Assembly (NCBI RefSeq): GCF_022045235.1
Contig: NW_027266330.1
Coordinates: 25,172,001 to 25,236,000, forward strand
DNA: 64,000 nucleotides
Origin: Haliotis cracherodii
Lineage: Eukaryota
Direction of reading: 5' to 3'
This document shows, piece by piece, positions 51,201 through 63,842 of this stretch (its first letter is position 1; each line of letters opens with the position of its first letter). The notes under the pieces are model-generated. The model made no database searches. It saw only the letters and a list, made by a program, of their open reading frames with translations, and was not told where the DNA came from. The translations under genes and the position numbers were made by a program.

Positions 51201-51609
51201 TATGAATCTTGCAAGATTGAATCTTTACAAAAATGGAATTATAAATATCTGTTCATTTGAAACTACAGGACTACCGTATTTGACGTAATAAGCGCCAAGG
51301 GCGCTCGCAAAATTAGAAATAAGGGGCTCTTATTAGAGTATTATTTTAAACAGAGTTGAAAGATAAATTTCGTGGTTTATGCTGACAGCCTGAAATGTTG
51401 ATATACGACAGATATATTTTTCCAGAATATAATTGCCCATAATTGAGGGTGCATATTACACACAAGTGCGTATTATACACGAATAAATAGGTCTTGTGTA
51501 CATTGATCAATCGGAAGGGGTGCTTTGTTTAAATGTCAAAAAAGTCAAATACATTATCACATTTTCTTACTATATTTCTATCCAATTATTTCTCCAAAGT
51601 ATTTAACCA

Positions 51610-51903
51610 AGTTGGTTGGTTGGTTGGTTTGTTGTTTAACGCCGCATTCAGCAACATTCCAGCTAAATGACAGCGGTCTGCAAATAATGGAGTCTGGACC
51701 AGACAATCCATTGATTAATATCATGAGCATCGATCCATGCAATTCGGATGGATGACATGCATCAACCAAGTCAGCGAGCCTGACCTCCCGCCTTTTACGA
51801 CAAGCATGGGTTCCTGAAGACCTAATCTACCCCGGAATCATACGCCATCATATAGCTGGAATATTGCTGAGTGTGGCGTAAAACAACAAACCAAACCAAA
51901 CCA
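51610..51903 (-). mobile_element. V-SINE-like copy with an inverted second 3' tail
   Basis: Reverse complement of the 49838-type unit, followed by a plus-strand tail catatagctggaatattgctgagtgtggcgtaaaacaacaaacc. Confidence 0.82.
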
Positions 51904-52782
51904 GTATTTATGGTACGATTCCGCACATATCATAAGGGAGTGTTTTGAAGAATATTTCATTGGCAAGGAAGAATTGTCACTTGTTGTTCTGATGGTATGT
52001 ATGTTATAGGGGATAACAAAGAAACGATGTTATATTATGATAAATTGACCCGAATGTTAAAAAAATCAACACACTACCTATATGCCATAGTCTATGCCCA
52101 TTTAAAAGAAAACCCATTCCATGTACCATGGTTCATTTCCCATTTAACAACTGCAGGGACCGATAAAATAAAAAGTGAAAAACTATTGTAACCTTAGGTT
52201 CCGGGTACTTTACCCTTCTACCTATGGTCACTTCTACTTATCAACTACTCCTTGGTTCTAGGGATGATGTAGCTCTCTTTCAAAATCACAAGTCAGATGG
52301 TTTGCTCCAGTCCTTTTTATTTATGATAGAGCTAATCATAAATACACACACATGGTCCTCAGATATATTCTTGTTGTTGCCTGATATAGATACAACACAT
52401 ACCTAGATGATGGTTGAAGAGCCTGATGGTTTTTCTGATGAACGTTAACTCTACTTCTTTTCTGACTCGGGATCCCAAAACCACAGTGAACCGTTCTGTT
52501 CAGCTGTATGCTCCCAACTCCCCGCACCACTCTCGGACAACTAACAAAATACTATCGTTGATAATTTTAGCTCCTCCCTCCAAAATCACGTTTGACATCA
52601 TGAGAAATGAGTCATAATGGTCATTCCCCAATTTCCATAGTAATTAGTTTTACCATCAAGCTTTTCGTACTAACCAATTTGATTACCTCTTTAAGTCATT
52701 GGTCAACTTGGACATACTCATCTTATCAAATCAAATACCCTCAACTACCTCTGCCAGACTGGAAGGCACCAAAAAGATACCC

Positions 52783-53866
52783 AATCCTGTTATTTAGACA
52801 TTCCAATGAAGCAGTACTTGATCACCACTAATCTAACAATCCCGTTCTATCCATCTGTCTCTCTTCTGACATCTTTATTGCAGGACCGTATTCTACTAAT
52901 CTCCTCAGACTAATGAAAGCAAAATCCATAATCATTTAAGTTTAATTAGAAATGATTCTCTCCATCTTCTTATAGAATGAGGTTGCTCATTCCTACATGT
53001 GTAAACTTTGACTCTGATGTCCAAAAGAGTTAATTGTCCAAAATTCAGTCATTTATAAATCAAATAGGAAATAACTTTAAATTCATGCAGTACACTTCAT
53101 GAAGTCCTCTTTAACTGAAGATTACAACAGTTTGTTCTTATAATTTCTCAAGTAAATGTTGAAATTTAGCTTCAGCATATATACTCAGTAAACAAACAAC
53201 ATCTCACCTGACTCAACAATCACGATAGTTGTTTTTTCAACATTAACTTATCGTAAGGTCTATGGACTTGCACCTATATAGAATATTGTCAAATGTCTCA
53301 TTGGGCAGTGATCGCACATGCAATCTATCAACTCCTGAGGTGCAATACAATGCACCATATACAACATCCTGGTATCATATAACAGATAGATTTTCTCTCA
53401 TGAAATTCAACATATGTTTTTCTCATATGGTAGGTTCATATATATAGGTAGGTTCATTCATATATATTATAAATAAATGCATATAGGTCAGCACAAAAAC
53501 ATAAAACATGTAGTAAAAGTAACATCTTGAATACAGTATAACATCAACATTTATACAAGAGGACACTAGTATGTCTGAGATCACTTAAATTTCCAAAACT
53601 GTGACATTTCAATGCTCTCCTTATTTTTGATAGAGTCCGCCTAAAGTGTCGGAAAGGTATCAACTAGGGTAAAAGTACATTTTCTAACAACTTATATAAT
53701 CCTGTTATTTAGACATTCCAATGAAGCAGTAGTATTCAGAAATACTTGATCACCACTAATCTAACAATCCCGTTCTATCCATCTGTCTCTCTTCTGACAT
53801 CTTTATTGCAGGACCGTATTCTACTAATCTCCTCAGACTAATGAAAGCAAAATCCATAATCATTTG
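52783..53866. repeat. Dispersed ~155-bp direct repeat (52783-52937 and 53698-53865)
   Basis: aatcctgttatttagacattccaatgaagcagta...aaatccataatcattt occurs twice; the second copy has a short insertion. Confidence 0.88.
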
Positions 53867-54037
53867 CCCTGGGGGTTATGCCCTCACCCTGTACGGTCAC
53901 TTCTCTCATATGCATCCATATTTTTACCCAAAAGCTTAATTTAGTAAACTACATTTTAAGTAAATACTAAAAACCCCTTTTTCCAAAATACCCTTGTTAT
54001 ACTACTTCAATGATTATGACACTTCCCTGCTAAAAGA

Positions 54038-54088
54038 CCACCTCCGTGGTCTAGTGGTAGCGCGTCTGCCCGGAGAGCAGAAGGTCCT
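54038..54088 (+). mobile_element. Truncated tRNA-like head of the same MetaSINE family
   Basis: cctccgtggtctagtggtagcgcgtctgcccggagagcagaaggtcc matches 25965-26011. Confidence 0.7.
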
Positions 54089-56173
54089 GAGAGCGTGAGT
54101 TGTGTACTGGAGGTTACAAACAACCAAATGTTTTCCCATAGACTTAACGTTATGATTTTTTTTTAAATAACTAAGCATTCAACAGCTATTACCTGTACGT
54201 GTGTGCACAGTTTGGCCTTAGAGCAGCACTCGATCTGCACTGAAGGCTCCCTACGAAAACCGCACTGTCCAAACTGGTTCTGATTTGGTGTAGTAGAACC
54301 TGTAGACAAATCAGAATATATTTGCACTTGTCAAATCTGTGATTTATGTATTGTATATACATGTAGCTTCTCAGAAAAAAAATGGAAATTGGATTAAACT
54401 TCACTACTTGTTCCTATCCAGCATGTCTATATGGCACCAGAATACATAGTTCTGATGCACAGAAAGAGTAGTGAGAGTTTAAGGATGTACACTTCATCAA
54501 TGTTTTACAAAAGGTATTTCTGTATTAATAAAGAAGTTTCTACCTTCATGCACTGACCATGGGAGTTAATTCATATTTCATAAAAGAAGGGGGTCAAGGG
54601 TCAATTCAATAAATGATTGAGGCTTCATAGATCATATCACCCTAAAGTATTTTTCGACTTAAAAAATTGAACAAATCTTTAAACCTCAAAACCAGTTACA
54701 ATACATATTTCAAATTGAGTAGTGGTCTGTTGTTTGCCTTACTTTGCTGACATCATCAGAACATAGCAGAGTCTGCTACATTCATGGAATATGGTTTTGA
54801 CACTCATGACATGATGCGATTGATATTGTTTGAGATTGCTTGAACTTACACCATCCATTGTTTAAATAATTAAACACTCAAATGGCTGTCAGCATTTGGT
54901 AAATCATCTATGGAGGGGCTATCACAAATGTTTGTGCTTTCATATACTTCAAAAATCAATAGTATAATCACCTATGATATAGGCTGGTGACATAAGTACA
55001 CATGGAAAGGAATCAGAAAAAAATCTCAAAATTGGACAGAGAGCATGGAATTCAGGCCAACAATAAGCAAGGGACACATTAAGCAGCTTTAAAGTCATCA
55101 TATATGTAAGGCTGGATAATGAACTTTACCAGCAAATAGGAAGTAAAAGGGTGCATTGTTGCCAGCAATCTCAAACACTGACCAGTGAACCATACCGCCT
55201 ATTAAAGCCGAGAAATGGAAATGGACCCGCAAGTAGAAGAAAGCTCTTTGAAACCACAACATAGAAGGAAATTACACTTAACTCTATTGATTTATTTAGT
55301 TAAAACTTTAAAATACTCACAGGACATCAAACATCCTTACTGTTTAATGTTTCAAGGTGGCTAAACTTGCTAATTTCAGTTATTTGCCAGTTTCAATGAA
55401 ACAAAGTTAAAATTCCTTATAATTTTGAAAATGTACAGCTTATCCTGACATAAATGTAATTCTTTTTATTCACAATTAACAGTGTCATGCAATGCCAGCT
55501 TAAAATAGTGTTTCTCTCCAATAATTTATGGGTTTATAGGGGAATGAAAGATACAATGCATTGTACTAAACAGGGGAGATAATTCAGTATTGTCGAACAC
55601 TATCACATTCTTTGCAGATGATTTCAGAACCATAATGTTACATTCCAAAAGAGCCAGTGGATATTATTTTCATCTAAGCAGGTTCTGGGACTGGTGTATA
55701 GCCCTTACTTCATGTTTGCAAACTAAAAACTGCACAGTGGGGCATTAAGGGAGCACTGTTAGAAATGTCTAGTGCATGAGGGTGATCTTATTATGGCACT
55801 TGATAGTGAGCAACAGAGGAACCTCAAGTGGACTGGGGTTCTTAAATGTACTTAATGTACCTACATTTCCAACTTCCACAACTTCCACAAGGTAAAAGAG
55901 CGCAGCGAGGCAAAACAAGGGTTGTCGATCACACACTGCCAACACCGGACTTCGGATCAGCTTCTCCAAATGCCAAATTCGATGTCGAAACTCCTACTTC
56001 TTCTGCATGAGTGCACATATACTTGCTTAACTTTTTGTGAGGAGTATATATGGGTCCAGTGTTTCAGTAATATCACTATCCTGCTTCAGGGGCCTGTGCA
56101 CAAGGGTTTAGTTATCTCATACAGATGGATGAAAAAGCCTGTAACTATTCATAAGTTACATAACATATCCTTC

Positions 56174-57118
56174 TTATTATCCCCCCGGCATATAATGGGG
56201 GGGGGGGGGGGGGGGGATATAGCGATCAGCCAGTCTGTCTGTCCGTCCGTCTGTCCGTCCGTAATCATTTCCTTTTCCGGGGCAGAATTTGAAAACCATT
56301 CAGTGTATTTGATTGAAACTTGGCAAATCTATCAGGCACATACTGAAGTGGTGCCTTTTGATATTTTGGAATTTTTCAAATTTTTATTTTTTTACATTTT
56401 TATGGAATGAAGTTGGACATAGACACAGTTGGGAATGGGGTTCGTTTCCGGGGCAGAATTCGAAAACCATTCAGTGTATTTGATTGAAACTTGGCAAATC
56501 TTTCAGGCACATACTGAAGTGGTGCCTTTTGATATTTTGGGATTTTTCTAATTTTTATTTTTTTAAATTTTTATGGAATGAAGTTGGACATAGACTTTCA
56601 TTGGGGATGGGGTTCGTTTCCGGGGCAGAATTTGAAAACCATTCAGTGTATTTGATCGAAACTTGGCAAATCTATCAGGCACACACTGAAGTGGTGCCTT
56701 TTGATATTTTGGGATTTTTCTGATTTTTATTTTTTTTAATTTTTATTGAATGAAGTTGGACATAGACTCAATTGGGGGATGGGGTTCGTTTCCGGGGCAG
56801 AATTTGAAAACCTTTCAGTGTATTTGATCGAAACTTGGCAAATCTATCAGGCACATACTGAAGTGGTGCCTTTTGATATTTATTTTTTTACAAATTTTTA
56901 TTTGTTACAATTTTTATGGAAAGAAGTTGGACCTAGACTCCCTTGGGGAACGGGTTCATTTCCGATCCAGAATTCGAAAACCATTCAATGGGTAAACAAT
57001 GTATGCTTCTTAAAGATCATTTAAGTGTTGACTCATTCCATACAGAATTGCACATTTACTAGTGGTAACTTTACAGACAGCTGCCGGGGGGATATGTCAT
57101 CTTTCTGATGACTCTTGT
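56174..57118 (+). mobile_element. HINE / DINE-1-like non-autonomous Helentron with an internal ~172-bp tandem array
   Basis: subTIR tatccccccggc / gccggggggata, a (GTCY)n microsatellite, four-plus units starting at 56274, 56445, 56617, 56789 and 56959, and a 3' palindrome gtcatc-tttct-gatgac. Confidence 0.9.
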
Positions 57119-57242
57119 TAGAATATACTATTATGAGGAGATATGGATAAAGAGTCAATCTTTTTTACATCAGTTAGATTCTTCTCACATCTTGCTCTTC
57201 AACCAAGTGTTACGGATATAGAAAATCTCTTTAACATTTCAG

Positions 57243-58625
57243 TCTAAATATTCCAAGAGTACAGGAAGCACTTGAGACCTTCAGAAACATTTCCACACAG
57301 TCCAATGTTTTGTGCATGGCCATACATGTCAATTATATACACGGACTAGCAAAGGAAAACAAGGAACAAAATAAAAGGAAGAAGGAAAAGCGGGCTATCA
57401 AAACCAAGGAATTGTTGAAAAATGTCACCGCACTCCGCAATTCTAATTCTGGTCATCTACTGATTCACTTTGTTGGACGAGAAAAAGAAGACACCTTTAC
57501 AGGGGCCTTTGATGAATTTGCTGATGAAAAACTTCAGACTTTAATTCAAGATGGAAGCCTGTTCACTGATGTCTACACGAAACGGTTCTTGAGTGATTAT
57601 GCAATAGATCTAGACAAACTGCAGAAGAAGCAACAGGGAGTACTTGAAGAGATATCTGGGAAGCTGGAGAAGAAAACCAAGGAACATCAAAGTCAACAGG
57701 AACGGCTGGATAAGTTGAAATTGAAGGCTAAGCATGCTAAGGAGACACTAGATGAGGAGCTTGATGAAATACTGCAGCAGAGACAAATAGTAGTTGAGAC
57801 ATCGAAGGAAATTGAAAGGTTGAAGAACATTAAGTCAAAAGAAGAAAAGAAACTGTCTGTGTGTGTTGATAAGGATACATTAAAGGATACACATCAGTAT
57901 AAAGATTTCCTTGTACTGTATGTTGAAGGGGGTGTTTATCTCACAACATCTGACTCTAAAACCAAAATAGCTCTTGATGAACGAATCATCAGTCCATCTG
58001 ATCAAACTTTGATAACATTCCTGAAAAACAGAACTCAGCTTAAATCAGTGCATCCTTCTGGACATACATTGCAGGATTTAACGAGACTGCACGAGAGTAG
58101 ATCAGTTCAATTCAAAGGTTACTTCAAAGGGAAGGAAACAGATGAGAACATCGTTGGTTACATGTTTGATGACCACAAACTTCTTGAATACGTTAGTGCA
58201 TTTACAAAGAACACAGATGGTGGCACCTACTTCCTTGGCATAGCAGAGAAAGACCGTTCTTTCAATGGAAGTCTTTATAAGTCAAGGTTTATGGACATTC
58301 AGCAAGTTGCTATCTGTAGTCAACAGACTGTAGAAGCTAAAATAAAGGAGGGGGTTTCAAAGGGTGTTTTAATCTGTGACTATGATGGACATAAAATACA
58401 AAATGGCCTGGTGGATGTCTTTTTCATTCCAAGAGACAGTGATATGCAGGGTACTGCTGCGAAGGTGCCTGGAGGTTTTGTAATCGAAATACACGTCCAG
58501 CCTGTCAGTGGCATAGTGTTCTATGACACCCAGGGACCGCTGGCTTACAGAGTGGAAGGGGACGCAGTCACAGCATACTCTGTTGAAGAGTGGTTCCATG
58601 CCGTCACTGTGAACAGCGTAGTGAG
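57243..58625 (+). CDS. Schlafen-like gene, large exon: Schlafen core (AlbA_2 RNase fold) with a coiled-coil insertion
   Basis: VTALRNSNSGHLLI (cf. ALLNSGGGVI), ESRSVQFKGY (cf. ES..VEFK.F), EYVSAFTKNTDGGTYFLGI (cf. YIPAFANTGGGYLFIGV), FVIEIHVQP..GIVF...P.AY.V....V.....EEW. Acceptor ttcag, donor gtaaac. Confidence 0.88.
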
Positions 58626-58783
58626 GTAAACAAAGATATCACAAAGAATTCAGTAAGTTTACTAAGTTTATACATCATTTGTTATTTTCACCATATTTGT
58701 CAGTTCCATTACACTACAAGACTATACTAGTATTTACGGATACTGTTATGGTTGAACAATATATTTCTATTGCTATTGCTTAG

Positions 58784-58862
58784 ATGTACATTCACACCAG
58801 TAACCGTCTCCATATCTTTTGGTACCCTTACCGACATGTTCTTCTTAAAAGACCAAGTTCAG
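58784..58862 (+). CDS. Schlafen-like gene, small exon (phase 2 to 0)
   Basis: Bounded by AG/GT, open, and phase-compatible with both neighbours (CTFTPVTVSISFGTLTDMFFLKDQVQ). Confidence 0.5.
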
Positions 58863-59336
58863 GTACAACAAATAGCGACGCAGTGACACACACAGCTTAC
58901 TTGAAAACATAGGTTTCTGTTCTCCCTTGCACATTATACCAGACAATAAAAGACGATGTGATGATGTCAGGGAGGAAAAGAATGTTTCCATCAGAAACAT
59001 GTTAAATGATAATTATGGAATCGAATGGTTGAAATATATGAGGTTGAGGTTGAGGTATATGCGCTAAATGTTAAATGTGCTACATGTTCAATTAATCTTA
59101 GTGAAATATGGTTACAGTTGAAATTCGAAACTTATGTATAGAGGAACACACACATAAATATTAAAAGTAATTTATGATACTATCTAAAGTATGGTGATAG
59201 TCTAGTGGTACAAAAGACATGATTATGAATACAATAGATTTTTAACATTTGGATAAAAATAATTTCTGTTTGTTGATATGGCCCGATGATGTTATTGGGG
59301 TCTCATGTCTCACGGATTTCAATGTCAATGTTTCAG

Positions 59337-59457
59337 GTAATAATGCAGAACATACCAGGGCGAGAATTGGGCTTAAACAGCAAGGATTTTCGGCGTCCTC
59401 GTTTGACACCAATCAAAGAGAGCATTACAGCGATTAAAAGTCATTTTGTGAAGAAAG
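59337..59457 (+). CDS. Schlafen-like gene exon (phase 0 to 1)
   Basis: VIMQNIPGRELGLNSKDFRRPRLTPIKESITAIKSHFVKK; a paralogous exon lies at 63843-63966. Confidence 0.72.
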
Positions 59458-59603
59458 GTAAACGGTAAAATGTTTACATTCTAATGCTGATTTTGAGATG
59501 TCATGACAAATTGACGAATGACCTTGTATTTTGATTATAAACAATTGTCAGTTGTTGTACTTTCTAATGTCCCAGTAAAATACAAATAACACTAATATTA
59601 CAG

Positions 59604-60375
59604 GTACACTAAATGTAGTTCCATCAAGGATACCCGCGCACCTGTGTGATGTCAGAGATGCCTTCATTTCACTGCTGAAGACGGACGGGGTTCTGTACCA
59701 TGAAGACGTTGTTACTGGTGAATATACGAGTGAAAGAGACACCACATGCCTTTTGTATTTATCAGAATCATTAGCAACATTGTTAGATTTCCCTGTGTCA
59801 AGGACGCAAGGAAATACGAGATGTGACATCTTCATAGCAATGCCCCATCAACCCCTCATGGTGCTGACTGTGATTGACGATGGCAGTGAAACCGAGGAGA
59901 TAAGAAATTATAACACTAGTGTGGCTAGAGAAGTGACTTCAAAACTACACAGGTTTACCAATGAGAGCATCAACGTCATTCATGGAGTCTTGAGTTTGAG
60001 TGACCTGACAGACACAGATACATGCTTCATAAAGTTACAGAGAATTGCAGCATTAGCTGCATCCTTTGTTCCGAAGACTTCTCTATTGATGACGCCATCA
60101 AAATATGAACACGTGATGATGGCCTTCTGGGCAGCTGTTGCTGAGACAAAGTCAATCCTGACAGAGATAGGAGAAGTAGATGACAGTTGTATCAACTTTC
60201 TCCCCACAGATCAGTGTGTATATCTTGTGGAGAACATTGACAGTAGATATGTTCAGGCAAGATGGGAGCCCGGCAGTGGAACCACAACTCTGATGCTGGA
60301 GGTGGCCAGGAGGCTGAGCAGACTGGGGGAAACTCTCCTGATATGCAACTCACTGGAAGAGAGGGACAGACTCAG
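59604..60375 (+). CDS. Schlafen-like gene exon: linker (SWADL-like) region and degenerate P-loop helicase start
   Basis: CDIFIAMPHQPLMVLTVI..YNTSVAREVTSKL; FLPTDQCVYL..WEPGSGTTTLMLEVARRL..TLLIC. Phases match the flanking exons. Confidence 0.85.
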
Positions 60376-60726
60376 GTAGTATGATATTGTGGCCTTAATT
60401 ATATGACTACCAAAAACAAACTTTGTGTTGCTCTTCTGGACAATAGTGAGATGATATTCTTAAATAGCAGGCGACCATTATTCACATCTGTAGTACTAAC
60501 CATTAATTATCAAAGAATATGTCGATTTTTTTCATCTAATTATCATTGAATGAAACTAAGGACAATACAGTATACTACAATTATGATAGACTCAAAGGGA
60601 CCACTTATTTTAGTTCGTTATAACCGTAGTTCGTTATAGGCATATATTCAGCAAATGAACGGGATCAAAACACATTTTGTTATATCCATCAGTTCGTTAT
60701 AAGCGTGTTCATTATAAACGTAGTTT

Positions 60727-61075
60727 ACTTGGTTGGTTGGTTTGTTGTTTAACGCCGCACTCAGCAATATTCCAGCTATATGACGGCGGTCTGTTAATCC
60801 AGTGATTAATATGAGCATTGATCCATGCAATTGAGATACGATGACCAACCAAGTCAGCGAGTCTGACCACCCAATTACGTTAGTCTGCTCTTACGACAAG
60901 CATAGTCGCCTTTTAAGGCAAGCATGATTTGCTGAAGACCTGTTCTACCCCGGATCTTCACGGGTCCGACACAATTGGGACACCTTGACATGCATCAACC
61001 AAGTCAGCGAATCTAACCACCAGATTACGTTAGTCGGCTCTTACGACAAGCATAGTCTCACTTTACGACCAGCAT
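60727..61075 (-). mobile_element. V-SINE-like copies in an intron
   Basis: Reverse complement of the 49838-type unit: (TTGG)n...gctgaagacctgttctaccccggatcttcacgggtc. Confidence 0.82.
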
Positions 61076-61601
61076 AGAATAGAATAGAATAGAAATAGTT
61101 GAGAGAGTTACCCAATTACATTGCTAACATACGCTAATCAAACGGCAACTTCATTTTAAGTTTCAAATCCGTTTCATTTTATCTTATCACATTTTCATTG
61201 TTCATTACATTACAAGGGGATTTCACGTTTAGTTGATTACAAGGGCATTTCACGTTTAGTTGATTGCAATGTTTGTTCATGTTTAGTTAATCTGAATTTA
61301 GTCTTCCACTGCGAACCATTGGTAGCAGAGCGTGGTTGCTCTGAATATGGGCTAGTTAGTAATAGTGACTGGGGTTGATAGTTCTTAGGGTCAACGTACA
61401 TCATTCAAAGATCTTGGACGCGATAGCTTGAGTATTTAAGTTTTGAATTGGACAAAACTTTATTAGCATGATTTCTTCCATAACAGACACATGAGTACAA
61501 TGTCTGAAGCCCATATCCCAATGTGTGATCCCCAACCGTGATATAGCTGGAATATTGCTAAATATCTCATTAAAATACTGCCAAATCTTTCATTTAATCT
61601 G

Positions 61602-62390
61602 GATACAATACATGTACTCAACATAAGATACGACACAATACATGTACTCAACATAAGATACGACACAATACATGTACTCAACATAAGATACGACACAATA
61701 CACTTACTCAGTATTAGATACGACACAGTACATGTACTCAACATTAGATACGACACAATACAGGTACTCGACATTAGATACGACACAATACATGTACTCA
61801 ACATAAAAAATGACACAATACATGTACTCAACATTAGATACGACACAATACAGGTACTCAACATTATATACGACACAATACACTTACTCAGTATTAGATA
61901 CGACACAATACATGTACTCAACATTAGATACGACACAATACAGGTACTCAAGATTAGATACGACACAATACATGTACTCAACAACAAAAATGACACAATA
62001 CAGGCACTCAACATTAGATATGACACAATACAGGTACTCAACATTAGATACGACACAATACATGTACTCAACATTAGATACGACACAATACAGGTACTCA
62101 ACATTAGATATGACACAATACAGGTACTCAATCTTCGATACGACACAATACAGGTACTCAACATTAGATACGACAACATACAGGTACTCAACATTACAGG
62201 CACTTAACATTCGACACGACACAATACATATTATCAAGATTAGATATGACACAATACAGGCACTCGCCATTCGATAAGACACAATACAGGTACTCGCCAT
62301 TCGATAAGACACAATACATGTACTCAAGATTAGATACGACACAATACACGTACTCAATATTAGATATGACACAATACATGTACTCAACAT
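61602..62390. repeat. 30-bp minisatellite, ~26 copies
   Basis: Unit catgtactcaacattagatacgacacaata. Confidence 0.95.
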
Positions 62391-62747
62391 CGTGTGAGTG
62401 GCTGGTGCTGTCGGTGCTGCCGCTGGTGGTGCCGCTGGTGCTGCCTGGTGTCATCACTGATTTTCAGTGATCCATTCATATAGTTTTCATCCGCTAGTTT
62501 GCCCTTTACGATCAATAGAATCTGTTTCGGTGGATAATCTATACTGGTTATTCTCTTGCATTGACAGTTTATATCTTCGTTCATATGGTCAATTTTTGGT
62601 TTTGATATGTCATTCTAAAACCAAAATGGTTTGTATTCTCACAAGAATGAAGGATTTTCAGGTTGACGTCATGCTTTTCGATATGCAACCAGTGACTTTA
62701 ACCTTAAACGAAACCGTTCCCTTGTTGCCTGCCTATATCATATACTT

Positions 62748-63080
62748 GTCTGTTACAATAGGTAAGACTGACCTTCAAATAAGACAAGTCAATGTCAGAT
62801 ATATTCTCAAGTACTCCCATCTCTGACGTGTCTGTTACAATAGGTGAGACTGACCTTCAAATAAGACAAGTCAATGTCAGATATATTCTCAAGTACTCCC
62901 ATCTCTGACGTGTCTGTTACAATAGGTGAGACTGACCTTCAAATAAGACAAGTCAATGTCAGATATATTCTCAAGTACTCCCATCTCTGACGTGTCTGTT
63001 ACAATAGGTGAGACTGACCTTCAAATAAGACAAGTCAATGTCAGATATATTCTCAAGTACTCCCATCTCTGACGTGTCTG
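62748..63080. repeat. 82-bp tandem repeat x4
   Basis: Unit gtgtctgttacaataggtgagactgaccttcaaataagacaagtcaatgtcagatatattctcaagtactcccatctctgac. Confidence 0.95.
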
Positions 63081-63191
63081 ACGTGTGTCCGAGAATATGG
63101 TAGAGAAAAGGAGCAATGGGATGATAACTTTCTCACAGTTACTGGTTCAAATGAAACATTATTATTATTTGGAAATATGTTCCCTTTGCAG

Positions 63192-63322
63192 GTCAGTTCA
63201 CTCGTCCACAATCTCAACATTTGATGTGGAAGATCTGAACATGTCCAAGTTTGAGAATGTGGTGCATGAAACTCGAAGTTATCTGTTCGAACCTTGTGGT
63301 CGACAATGGCTGTTCCTGAAAG
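63192..63322 (+). CDS. Schlafen-like gene exon with a degenerate Walker B-like segment
   Basis: Acceptor tttgcag in phase 2, matching 60375. SVHSSTISTFDVEDLNMSKFENVVHETRSYLFEPCGRQWLFLK. Confidence 0.7.
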
Positions 63323-63842
63323 GTATTGATGTACCGTAAAGTTATGTATATTGTGTGTTGTTTAAGGGTCATGGCTAATACGTTCATTTACATGTATATG
63401 AGAACTTTGCTGACAATGCATCATATTCAAACATACAATACTTAAAGGTTATTATCGGTAATCCCTAAATTTTAATTCAAAGACGGCATTTATCAGGTAC
63501 TTAATACATCAGACTTGACTTATAACTGAATGTTGATTTTCAGGTACTCCAAACAGGTCACGTGATACACATGTACAAACAGTAAGTCCAAACTAAATAC
63601 ATGTCTATCAATTTGTATTTGTATATACTAATTTGGACAAATGTACCGCAGGATCACTCAATATACACCTGAAAACTAAAATGACCTGTTGATCAGAATG
63701 TTTGTATCAGTAGCAAAGATACAGATACAGGTAAAGCATATGTGCTTGTGGCCACTGTTTTATATTTACTTGAAATGTCAGTTATCACTGACTTTCTGTA
63801 TGTTTTAGAACTGCTGATTGTTACATGTGACAGTATTTTCAG

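Noticed and set aside
51270-51915. Pogo/Tc1-like MITE (taccgtatttg start), with a similar candidate near 60566-60726
   Set aside because: Matching right TIR and TSD are too degenerate to support.
51990-53450. Possible decayed Penelope or other coding remnant
   Set aside because: Only short ORFs with no diagnostic RT or GIY-YIG motif recognisable.
60930-60970. Hammerhead ribozyme suggested by CTGAAGA in the V-SINE units
   Set aside because: No properly placed GAAA core or closing stems found.
61463-62470. Hydrophobic repeat ORFs (LSTCIVSYLM)n
   Set aside because: Translations of an intronic 30-bp minisatellite.
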